From Torpedo marmorata (Eukaryota): 64,000 bases of DNA. The first letter of the stretch is position 1; every line of letters starts with the position of its first letter. The notes under the pieces were generated by a model that saw nothing but the letters and a program-made list of their open reading frames with translations, was not told the DNA's origin and did no database searches. The position numbers and the translations under genes were made by a program. The stretch lies in assembly GCA_977017645.1 (NCBI GenBank), contig OZ360222.1, positions 90,086,001 to 90,150,000 on the forward strand, given 5' to 3'. This document shows positions 1 through 10,379 of the stretch, piece by piece.

Positions 1-1074
1 ATCCAATCCTGAGGTTTCTATACCAAACATATTATCTTTATTTGTCCTTATTAGTCAGTTTTCTGGCTTTAAATTAAATCTGCATAAAAGCAAATTATTA
101 CCCTTAAAGGGTTCTTTCTTAAGATATTCTATATTCCCTTTTAAGATAGTGAAAGACCAATTTATTTATCTTGGAATTGCAATTACTAGGAGTTATAAAC
201 ACTTATTTAAGGAAATTTTTTCTGTGTTATTTAATCAGGTCAAAGTATTATTATCGGGATGGTCACCTTTATCTATTACTATGATTGGACGTATCAATTC
301 GATTAAAATGAACATTTTACCTATCTTTTCCAATCTTTACCAATTTTTATTCCTAAATCCTTTTTTGATTTATTGGATTCGTTTATCTCCTCTTACATAT
401 GGCAAGGAAAACACCCTCGTTTAAATAAAGCTCATCTTCAAAAGACTAAAAGGAATGGTGGATTGTCACTTCCAAATTTTAGATTTTATTATTGGGCGGT
501 CAATCTGCTCCTTTCCTTACATTTTGATAAACTAATTGACTGCCCTTCTTGGGTAGAAATGGAATTGAATTTTTATAAAAATTCATCTATGTTGGCAATT
601 TTAGGGTCTTTTTTACCCTTTTCTTTTTATAAATTGACTGACAATCCAATAATGAGATAAAGGCTGAGAATATGGGCACAATTTAGAAAGTTTTTTGGAT
701 TTCAGAGTTTTTCGCTTGCTAGCCCTATTATATCTAACCATCTTTTTCAACCCTCTTCGTTAGATATAGGTTTTAAGGATTGGCATAGACTAGGTATTAA
801 ATATTTTAAAGATCTTTTTATTCGAGATAATTTTGCTTCCTTTGAACAATTGGTGTCAAAATTTAAACTACCAAACATTAATTTTTTTAGATATTTACAA
901 GTCAGACATTTTGTTAATTCCAAGCTCTCTGATTTTCCACAAATTCCTGAGTCTAACATTCTTGATTTACTTTTTGACTTACAGCTCTCTCATTGAGGCT
1001 TAATATCAATTATTTACAATAATTTGTTGGATTTAAGAATAGCCTCACATGAATTTATCACTTTCGGATGAGGA

Positions 1075-1617
1075 TTGGGATACTATACTATTCTTAATCT
1101 GATTAATGAGACCTCCTTCTGTGCACGACATTGTTTGTTGCAATTCAAGGTGGTGCAGAGAGTACATATATCTAAAGTTAAATTATCTCGTTTTTATTCT
1201 GATATTGATCCATTATGTGGCAAATGTAAAATCTTTGAGGCTTCATTGATTCATATGTTCTGGACTTGCCCTAGTTTAGAAAAATGTTGGAAAAACATTT
1301 TTCAATCTTTATCAGTGATTTTTAAGATCAATGTAGAACCCTGCCGCTTAATTGCTTTATTTGGTTTTTCTCAAGAAGAGGATATTTTATTGACATCAAC
1401 TCAAAAGCGAATTATATCTTTTACTTCATTGATAGCCAGACGGGCAATTTTGATGAAATGGAAAGACAGTACTCCACCTACTCACATTCAATGGTTACAG
1501 GAGGTCATGTCCTTCCTAAGTTTGGAACAAATCAGATATACTATTAAAAATGTAAAGTCTAATTTCCATAAGATGTGGGGCCCATTCATGGATTATTATC
1601 ATAATCTAAAGAACTAA
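1075..1617 (+). pseudogene. L1 ORF2 C-terminal fragment with CCHC zinc knuckle
   Basis: CxxC...HxxxxC motif; the upstream frames are broken. Confidence 0.85.
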
Positions 1618-2419
1618 GGTGTTTGGATGCTCCGGCGATGTGCTGGCTGGTTTCTGGTGGTCGTCATTCGATTCCCATGTAGATTTTTTTATTTTAGTTA
1701 ACCTTGTTTAGAAGGTAGGGGTTTGATTAAACGTTTTTTTTTCTTTTTTGATACTATATTAGATAAATGTTTGAGAATTGTAAACATTGATTATATTATA
1801 GAATGTGAAGATAATGTCTGAGAATTGTAAATTCCCTTTTTTTTTAAAAAAAAAAAGGGTATTTTGTATTTTTTTTATATAACTTACCTGAAAAGAAATT
1901 ATATATACCATATATATTTTCTTCCATTTCTATTCTGTTTTTTTTTTTCCTGGATTGGGGTTATTTTTTTTTCTTTTTCTCTTTCTTTTCATTATTAACT
2001 TGTGATATATTATGAAGATTGGTGTTTGGAGTTTTGAATCAGTTCACATTTGGAGAAAATTTCTTAAATATAATTGGAATAGTGTATAAGTGAAATGTTT
2101 AATGGTTAACCCTAATCCTAAACTTAATTCTTTAGATAAGATTTAAAATATTTTAATAAGAAAAGAATTATAGTTTTGATTTACAATTTATGTATGTTTC
2201 GTTATACAGATTGTTTTACCGTATTTGACGGCATATAAGATCCCCCTTTTTTCCCCAAAAACCACCCCGGGTCTTATATGCAAAGGTGACATTTTGGTAA
2301 GGTCATTTTGGGCACTGAGTGGAGTCCAGGAAGCGGGCCCGCAGCTTCGCGGACCACCTTCCCTTGGGTGGCCCGTGCTTTCCGGAGTCCCCGCCGCCGC
2401 TCACTTCCCCCGGTAAGAA

Positions 2420-2655
2420 GGCTCGCTCTCTCCCTCCTTCCCGCCCGCCCGCTCTCTCCCTCCCGTTCACTCTCCTGCCCGCTCGCTCCTGCCCGTCCGC
2501 TCTCTCACTCCCGTTCGCTCTCCTGCCCGCCCGCCCGCTCCCTCCCGCCCGCTCTCTCCCTCCCGTTCGCTCTCCCGGCCGCTCGCTCCCGCCCTCCTGC
2601 CCGTCCTCGCCCGCTTTCTCCCTCCCGCCCGTCCTCGCCCGCTCGCCTGCTCGTT
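2420..2655 (+). repeat. C/T-rich degenerate microsatellite array (ccgctcgctc/ctccc units) inside the MITE
   Basis: Seen directly; the overlapping Pro/Arg/Ser ORFs are low-complexity artefacts. Confidence 0.9.
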
Positions 2656-2667
2656 CTCACCAACAGT

Positions 2668-2907
2668 GCTTTGAGGGGAGCGCTGGGCCTCAATGATCAG
2701 CCTTTGTTCGACGAGCACGGACCCTCGAGCAAATTGAATGAGGGGCGGGTGGCAGTGAGCGAGCGGCCTGTCAAGCTCAGCTCAACAGGCCGCTCGCTCA
2801 CTGCCACCCGCCCCCGCGCCTCATTCAATCTGTTCGGGGGGCCATGTGCGTCGAACAAAGGCTCAGCGTGGAGCCTGATCACCGAGGCCCAGCGCTCCCC
2901 TCGAAGC
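2668..2907. repeat. Long inverted repeat (hairpin) with perfect 30-bp inner arms
   Basis: 2742-2771 is the exact reverse complement of 2785-2814; imperfect pairing extends out to 2668/2907. Confidence 0.92.
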
Positions 2908-4009
2908 AAGCGATCGATCGTCTGCTCCCCGCGACAGTGGGCCTGGGCCCTGCCTGTTGTCCTGGCTTCTCTCCCTATCCCCCTCGCGCGCCTGTCAACC
3001 AATTAGCATTTGGGGGGTGGGGGGAAGCAGCCTGAGCCTCGGCGTGCAGCGGGCAAAAGGACGTGTTGCTGCTGTGAAGGTAAATACACTAAAACAAAAT
3101 TTTCCTGAAATCTCACGCTAAAAATGGGGGGGAGGGTCCTATATGCCAGTGGGTCCTATATGGCGTCAAATACGGTATTTATTCTGTGTAACGGTTTATA
3201 TCATTTTACTGGTTTATACCTTTCTGTGTATGTTTTTTATTAAAATCAATAAAAATATTTTAAAAAGAAAAGAAAGTAACAGATTATCATAGTTATGTGG
3301 AACAGAAGGGTTAATGTTCTTTCTTGTGAGTATCCTATAAGAAACTGATATAAATGGCACCTTAAGATTAACTTAATGTTCTTCTTGTATTCATGTTAGA
3401 ATCTCTAAAGCCACTCAAGTTTAAGGCTTTTTAAACTAGATCTAGACATTCTATTATTTAATGAGCTGAATGGAGACTGAGTCTTTGAACTTTGTTTTTG
3501 TACAGATAGTTTTGATTGATTGTGAAGGTTTCATTTTATTGCCCTTTTTTCCTGGCCTTCATCAAATGAAAATAAATCATTTAAATGTCAGGAAATCTTC
3601 CTGACTATTTACCTTCTTACAAGTCCAGAATTTTGCAGTGCCAACAGAGGCCATCAAACCTGTGCTGGGCCTATGAGAGAGTTAAACACTGCCCATCTTT
3701 TAACTGTCCTTGCTTCAAATGTTATTTTTGTAAACTCATCAGTAAAAAGTTTTGCTTTTCACCCTGCAGGACTGTAACCCAGATGAGGTCACATTTTTGG
3801 GAGGGATACGTCTTGCCTGTAGAACTGAACCATCTGCAATGAGAAAGCAAAATCTATTTGATTGAGCTGGGCTTTGTCTGAAATATTCCTTGCAATTACC
3901 TCCAGATCTCTGCTTGAACATTTGAGGAAAACACTGCGTTGAAAGAAGTGATAAAGTTGAGGGAGTGTTTGTCTCATTATTATTGCAGACCAGGCACAAC
4001 GATTGGAGA

Positions 4010-4208
4010 AAAACCATGGAATGCAGCAGGTCCCGCAGTATCTGTGGAAAACAATAGGCAGTCGATTCTTCAGACTAGGCCCCCCCCCAATCACGAACTC
4101 TGTAAATCAGGCAGATGCCCCCATCCCCTGCCCCCACCTTCTTATTCAAGTGTTTTCCTAAACTTTGGCATTCCTAATGAAGGGCTCATGCCTGAAACAT
4201 CAAATGGC
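4010..4208. mobile_element. Short Penelope-derived fragment with a degenerate hammerhead motif
   Basis: cctaatgaagggctcatgcctgaaac at ~4173-4198; the flanks resemble the pseudo-LTR ends at 21200 and 32053. Confidence 0.55.
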
Positions 4209-4311
4209 CATCAGAACCATAAAACACTACAACTCAGAAACAGAACTATTTATTTTGTCTAGTCCCATTGACCTGCACCCAGACCACGGCCCTCCATACC
4301 CCTCCTATCCA

Positions 4312-4539
4312 ATTTATTTGGACACACAGCAAGGTAACAAGCCATTTCGGCCCACGAGTCCATGCCGCCCAACTTACACCCAATTAACGGTGGGAGGAAA
4401 CCGGAGCCCCCGGCGAAAACCCACGCAGACACGGGGAGAACGTACAGACTCCTTACAGACAGCGCGGGTTTTGAACCCCGGTCCCGATCACTGGCACTGT
4501 AAAGGCGTTGCGCTAACCGCTACGCCAACTGTGCCGCCC
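4312..4539 (-). mobile_element. tRNA-derived V-SINE (HE1-like)
   Basis: Minus strand: A box tggcgtagcgg, B-box-like ggttcaaaacc, V-domain gtacgttctccccgtgtctgcgtggg, CR1-like 3' end. Confidence 0.85.
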
Positions 4540-4650
4540 TATCTTCCCTTAAATGTCAAAATCAAACCCACATTCAACACCTCTACTGGCAGCTCATTCC
4601 ACACTCTCACTGCCCTCTGAGTGAAGAAATTCGCCCCAAATGTTCCCTTA

Positions 4651-4901
4651 AACATACAGACATATAGCACGGTAACAGGCCATTTCGGCCCATGAGCCCG
4701 TGCCGCCCAATTACACCCGATTGACCTACACCCCCTGGTATGTTTTTGAAAGGTGGGAGAACACCGGAGCCATCGGGGAAAACCCACGCAGACACGGGGA
4801 GAACGTACAAACTCCTTACAGACAGTGCGGGATTCGAACCCCGGTCCCGATCGCTGGCACTGTAAAGGCGTTGCGCTAACCGCTACGCCAACCATGCTGC
4901 C
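4651..4901 (-). mobile_element. tRNA-derived V-SINE (HE1-like)
   Basis: A box tggcgtagcgg, B box ggttcgaatcc, V-domain; near-identical to 4312-4539. Confidence 0.88.
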
Positions 4902-5929
4902 TTTCACCATTCTCCCTTAACCCATGTCCTCTCATTCTTGTCTCACCCCACACTCAGTGAAAACACTTGTTTGCATTAACACTATATATACCACACATAA
5001 TTTTGTATACCACTATCAATCTCCCCTCATTCTCCGATATTCAGAGGAATAAAGTCCTAACCTATTCATCCTTTCCCTGGAACTCAGTTCCTCAAGTCCT
5101 GGCAACATCCTTGTAAATTTTCTTTGCTTTCTTTCAATCTTATTGGTATCTTTCCTGTAGGTAGGTGACCAAAACTCCTGTACTCAGTACCTGATTTATG
5201 AAGGCCAATGTGCCAAAAGCTCTCTTTACAACCCTATCTACCTGTCGCAACTTTCAAGGAATTATGTATCTGTGTTCCCAGATCGCTCTGTTCTGCTGCT
5301 CTCCGCAGTTCCCTATTGTTTACCATGCAAGTCCTACTCTGGATTGTCCTCTCAAAGTGAAACACCTCACACATGTCCGCATTAAATTCCATCTGCCACT
5401 TTGCAGCCCATTTTGTCAGATGGTCCAGATCCCGCCACAAGCATCGAGAGGCTTTCTAGTTGTCCACTACACCCCCAATCTTAGTGTTATCTGCTTGTTG
5501 ATCCAATTTACCACATTATCATGCAGATTGTTGATATTGATGATGAACAACAATGAACCCAGGCAGCACCAATCCCTGAGGCTCTGCACTAATCACAGCC
5601 TCCAGTCAGAGAGGTAATCCTGTACCACCACACTCTGGCTTCTCCCACAAAGCCAATGTCCAATCTAATTTACTACCTCATCCAGCATTCCGAGTGACTA
5701 AACCTACTTGACCAACCTCCCATGCCGGACCTTGTCAAAGGCCTTACCAAAGACCATGTTGACAACATCCGGTGCTTTTCCTTCATCAACTTTCCTGGTA
5801 AATTTCTTGAAAATCTCTATAGGAAGGCTGGCAATGCTGGATATCAGGTTTGGAAGATTATGCATGGGGAGGGGGATAGAGGGTACAGGGATGGGAGAGG
5901 AGTGCGAAACCTAATTATGGAACAGGAAC

Positions 5930-6545
5930 CAAGATGAGATGGAGGCCTGTGCCCAAGATGCCAGTGCCCATGCTCAGCAGCCCAGGCCATGAGGGTTGCA
6001 GGCTTTGGAGAGCAGAGGACTGTCGCAGAACACTATAGTGAGAGAACATCACTCTGCTGAGAAGGAAAAGCTTGGGAGAAGACCCTATTGGAGACCAGCA
6101 GTAGATTCGTGAGGAGCTCGATGGCCGAAGGACTCACGCCAGGCTGTAGGCTGCCTGTAGACTGCCGGAGACTGGCATGTGGGAACCAAGTATCGGGGCC
6201 AAGATTCGTGAGGGTGTTGATGGTGAACAGGGCTCCTGAAGAGCATTGGGCATTAACAGCTTCAGTTCAGATCCAGGGGCCAAGGTGGGTGACTTGGATG
6301 CCTGGAGCTCGCGTTAACTGCTGGAACAGACAGGAGGCCATACAGCCAAGGAGGTTATGGGAGCACAGGAGGTAATTGCACTGGGGAGGTGGCAGGGTCA
6401 ACAGACACTCAATGTATCTGAAGGAACCCTCTTTTGCTTCACTTTCTCTTCTTGATATTGGAGCCGGGCCAGTGGCACCTCTTTGTGCCTTTATGGGCAA
6501 ACAAAAGTAAACACATTTTGTATATTCACCCAAGACTATGACATT
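5930..6545 (+). mobile_element. Degraded GC-rich non-coding retroposon (same family as 20308-21052)
   Basis: Its 3' part (cttttgcttc...ccagtggc...tgcct) resembles the reverse complement of 20330-20460. Confidence 0.45.
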
Positions 6546-6719
6546 TCTTACACTTTACGGTGCCTATAATGGTTAAGGGGGCTTTGATTGGTTTTCATCA
6601 CATTAACAGGAACTGACAAAGTAGCTTGAGGGAAATTACTTCTGTGTATTTTTGACTCCAAGTATAGTTGAAATGATCTAAAATTCAGAGCTAAGCTTTT
6701 CAGAAGCACAGGAAAAGCA

Positions 6720-7170
6720 AAACACAATGGTGCTGGAAATCAGAAATAAAAACAATAAATGTTCAATCGGCAGGATCTGTGGAGAGAGAAATGATTTGAG
6801 CTGATGATCTTTCATCAGAACTGAATAAAGTTATAAAACAAACATTTTAAAAGTGGGGTTGGGGAGAAAGGAACCAAGAGTAACACAAGTGATATGTGTA
6901 CCAGCTGTGAGAGGGTGGTGAAAGTATGTTAATAGTAGATGACCTGTGTTGAGAAGGTCAGTAGAAGGAGACAATTGCAAAACAGAGGAGGCGAGAGAGA
7001 GAAAAACATTGCTGCAACTGTGAGTCACAAGAACTATAAAAGTATATAGCTGCAGATGCTGGAAATCTGCAATAAAGGCAGAGAACTCTGGAAGTATGGA
7101 TCACATCAGGCAATGTCTGTGAGTAAAAACAAGACAGAACTCATATTTCAGGCTGATGATCTCATTGAAT
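6720..7170 (-). mobile_element. Two tandem short Penelope-derived (pseudo-LTR-like) fragments with a hammerhead-like core
   Basis: gctggaaatc...tctgtg...gctgatgatct occurs at ~6733-6820 and ~7058-7165; the minus strand reads CTGATGA at ~6812-6818. Confidence 0.5.
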
Positions 7171-7999
7171 GCCAGATTAGACTGAACGATCACTTCTTGC
7201 TCTCATGTTCCCCCTGCTTCAATGCAAATCAAAATATTGTCAGGAAGAAAAAAATGGTGAGCTGGGAAAGAATTTTCTCAGTACAAGTGCTTAATGCAGT
7301 GTACTCCAGGATGGAAGATGTGCTTGCTGTAGCCTGCAGCAGGCTGAATTGCTCTTGTGATAACTTTGAGGGTCACTACCACGGCAAGCTCTCAAGTTTG
7401 ATAGCAGTTCCATTGCCTCTGACAGCCTGTATTCAGAAATGTAGCCTTCTCCTGCACAATTTTGTGAAAGACAACACTTTTCTTTATACCTTGCCAGTGA
7501 TTGTGGACTCTTGCGAAAAGTTGCTTACATCTATTATATTCTGAGGGGCCTTTGTGCTGGGGATATATTTGCTGAGTTTTCTGCTGTTCCTTTTTATTTA
7601 TAAGTAGAATCCATTTGTCTGGATCTAAGAAGCAGCATGGAACAGAAAAAAATGGTGGCAGCATAAGGTGGACCAATGGGATGACCAGTGTAAGTTTGTA
7701 CAGAAACATTCTGGAAAAGTATGGAGCGATGGAGGAGTATGTGTGTAGCTCTTCTATGAGGAAAATGATGCTGTGGTCACAAATAAATCTTATGAGATTG
7801 TAAAATCTTCTATACTAAGCAGTGTTTAGACAAAGTTGCTGCAACCTAACCATTATTGTGCACATAGAAAAATGGCAATTATGAGCAGGGTCTTTTAGCT
7901 CTTTGTTGGACCTGCTTCATCATTCAATATGATCATGGCTGATAATCCACATTGCTTCCTCCCCATGTCCCATGATCCCTTGACCTTCAAGAAAGAAAA

Positions 8000-8232
8000 G
8001 TGCAGCAGGTGCATGGAAACATCACCACCACTTGTAGGTTCCCCTCCAAACCACATGTCATCCTGGCTTGGAAATATATAGATGTTTGTTTTATCATTGC
8101 TGGGTCTCAGTCCAGGATTCCCTGCCCAAAACACCGTGGAATGACCTTTACCTTAAGACATGCAACAGTTCGAGAGAAGATCACCACCACTTTCTCAAGG
8201 GCCGGGAGGGAGGGTCAATAAATGTTGGCCAG
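8000..8232 (+). mobile_element. Old LINE 3' end fragment (CR1/L2 group)
   Basis: Resembles a common chondrichthyan LINE terminus (catggaaacatcaccacc...ttcccctccaa...caataaatgttggcc); recognised by eye only. Confidence 0.5.
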
Positions 8233-8283
8233 ATTACAAAACCAGATCTTAAGAAAAGGCAGCAGTGGAAAAGAAAATGGAGG

Positions 8284-8312
8284 TAATGTTTCAGGTGGTG
8301 ACCTTTCATCAG
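8284..8312 (-). ncRNA. Minimal type I hammerhead-like core in an inverted pair of Penelope-derived fragments (8260-8440)
   Basis: Minus strand reads CTGATGA-A-AGGT-CACC-ACCT-GAAAC-ATT, with stem II AGGT/ACCT. Confidence 0.55.
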
Positions 8313-9319
8313 AACTGTCATCAGGGCTCTGACCTGACACGCTAACTCTGTTTCTCTCTTCACAGATGTTGCCCGACCTACTGAGTATTTCACGCACTTT
8401 CTATTTTTATTTCTGATTTCCAGCACATGAAAATTTTGCATTTCACTTAAGCAACTTTATTGCTTTCTTTTGTATTTGCAACTAGATCCATTCTCCCACA
8501 TATTGACATTAGCAGACTGGATGACCATTGACATGATTGCCTGCTGGTGGAGTAATTGACGACCTTGTAGTGTGGGTCAGTGACAATCAAATTGATGGGC
8601 TTGTGAATTATGGGATTGATGGGATTGCTCCATTTGGAATAGAATTGATGGCTGTCTGGCCTCATTCTGCGTCACAGTAAGTAAAGCTGGAAAGCTTTTT
8701 TTAAAAAAATGGTCTCTTTTCATATTTGGTCATTCTCCACCAGTGCTCTAATTTGAATAATCCACAGCTAGTGTATCATTCACAGTGATTTTATCCATTC
8801 GTCAAGCTCAGTAGTGAGTTATTACCATTGTTGGAGAAGTTTCTATTTGATCTTCCCTAATAACTGTAGCATGTATACACTCTTCAAATATTATGTATAA
8901 CTCTGTGTTCCTGCAAACGAGAAAAGAGTTTTCTTTCATCCATCATAAAATTAGCACTGATATCCAGTTAAACTACAAAAGGCCTTGATGGCTTTTGCCA
9001 AACCTAGTTAAAACAAATGGATTAATAACAGGGCACAAATAGAATCAATGGGAACATTGCACTGTAGAAAATATTCATATGTTTCTCCAACTTAAGAAAG
9101 TTTGTTGACTGGTCACATTGAACTGATGTGAGCACTATGATCAGCTGAGAGTCCTGCTGAGCTACTTCATGCATCTTTATTAATAAACATTGTCACTACA
9201 TTGACAAGTACACGTGTTTCTGCACCCAAAAATAAATTATTATTACTCAAAGCAGGAGTGAAAATCTGGAATTCTCTCCTCTTAAAAGCTGATAACATTA
9301 ATTTAAAAACTGGGATTGA

Positions 9320-9966
9320 ACAGAGAATCTCCAGAACAATCAGAATTCTTAATTCTTCCAAACATGATAGTATTCTATGAATGGGCCCCACATCCTTTCA
9401 AATTGAAACTTTCTATCTTTGATGTTGTATCTAATTTTCTCCAAGCTTAAGTAAGACATTACATCATGTAACCACTGTGTATGAGTAGGTGGAGAGTCAT
9501 CTTTCCATTTCAGTAAAGTTGCTCGTCTGGCTATCAATGTGGTAAAAGCTAAAACTTTTTCCTGAGTTGCAATCAGAGGTATGTCCGGTTCACGAGAAAA
9601 ACCAAACAGCAATTAACGGACATGGTTCTATTCCGATCTTAAAAATCGTTGATAAGGTTTGGAAAATATCTTTCCAAAATCTTTCTAAGTTAGGGCACTA
9701 GTCTTAGGGTTTTTTTTGTTTGTTTTCTTTTTTTTTTCTTTTTAATACTTTTTATTTTGAAAATTTGGTTAATACGAGTTTAATATGGTTATTATAGATT
9801 ATTCATAAAGGATGAAACTGCTTTTTATCTAGATCAAAGAACTGTTCAAGGTAGTTCTACTTATTCCTAATTATATGCATATGAAATGACTCGTTATGTA
9901 TTGTATTAAAGAATTTGTATGTAAGATTTATATATTAAACTCAATAAAAATATTTTAAAAATAAAG
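9320..9966 (+). mobile_element. 5'-inverted (twin-primed) L1 insertion with a 14-bp TSD
   Basis: TSD aaaactgggattga at 9306-9319 and 9967-9980. The ORF2 end is antisense (9320-~9698); the 3' UTR and A-tail are sense (~9699-9966). Confidence 0.85.
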
Positions 9967-10379
9967 AAAACTGGGATTGATAAGGTTTACTTCATGAAGA
10001 TTTGAAGGGTTTTCAAGCCAAGTGGATAAACAGATATGGATCAGCATTGATCTGTGAGAATTAGAGCAGCCCTGGGGTCTGGATTACCTGCTTGTGTTCA
10101 TGTGTTCTTACTTTAAAAAAAATAAATATTTTATTTAAAATTTTAAATCACAAAATACATAAAATAAAATATAAAATTATCAAAAATACTTGTGATACAT
10201 TTTCACCCCCCCCTCCCACCCTCCCCTCCCCAACCCCACTAATCTAATAAAATATAAAAAAGAAAGAAATAGAGAAGAAAAAGATAAGGTAAGGAGAATG
10301 TCAATCTAATAAATACATCTATAAACTAATTCTATTATGGAGGTTAGGTAGCCAGTAGATCCAATGTCCAGAGATCTTC

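Larger units (their letters stand above)
2219..3175. mobile_element. Non-autonomous Tc2/pogo-type (Tc1-mariner superfamily) DNA transposon, 957 bp
   Basis: TIRs ccgtatttgacgg(c)atata / tatatggcgtcaaatacgg, TA on both sides (2217-18, 3176-77), subterminal gggtc(c/t)tatatg repeats, no transposase. Confidence 0.85.
1..3275 (+). mobile_element. L1-clade LINE, 3' part (ORF2 C-terminal half, 3' UTR, A-rich tail), interrupted by a MITE at 2219-3175
   Basis: Frameshifted ORFs 149-660 (YLGI, GRINSIKMNILP, GGLSLPNF..YYWA) and 1075-1617 (CGKC..HMFWTC zinc knuckle, ARRAILMKWK) are typical of fish-type L1 ORF2. AATAAA and an A-rich tail lie at ~3248-3275. Confidence 0.9.
4210..5820 (-). mobile_element. 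CR1 (HER1-like) LINE 3' fragment carrying two SINE insertions
   Basis: NFFTQRAVRVWNELP and RDLDHLTKWAAKWQMEFNADMCEV on the minus strand; CR1-type 3' tail at ~4212-4260. Confidence 0.85.

Noticed and set aside
2225-3035. Multiple overlapping ORFs up to 232 aa (likewise 20216-21155 and 34336-35918 on the plus strand)
   Set aside because: GC-rich, low-complexity or palindromic sequence lacking stop codons; no protein signature.
4840-4901. tRNA-like sequence with A and B boxes (also at 4480, 29470, 30300)
   Set aside because: These are SINE heads followed by a V-domain and LINE-like tail, not tRNA genes.
7056-7803. 162-aa and neighbouring ORFs as host gene exons
   Set aside because: The 162-aa ORF starts inside a repeat fragment, has no recognisable domain and shows no consistent splice signals.
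8486-8676. Exon-like segment with an AG acceptor and GTAAGT donor
   Set aside because: Stop codons in all three frames; a non-coding exon cannot be supported from sequence alone.
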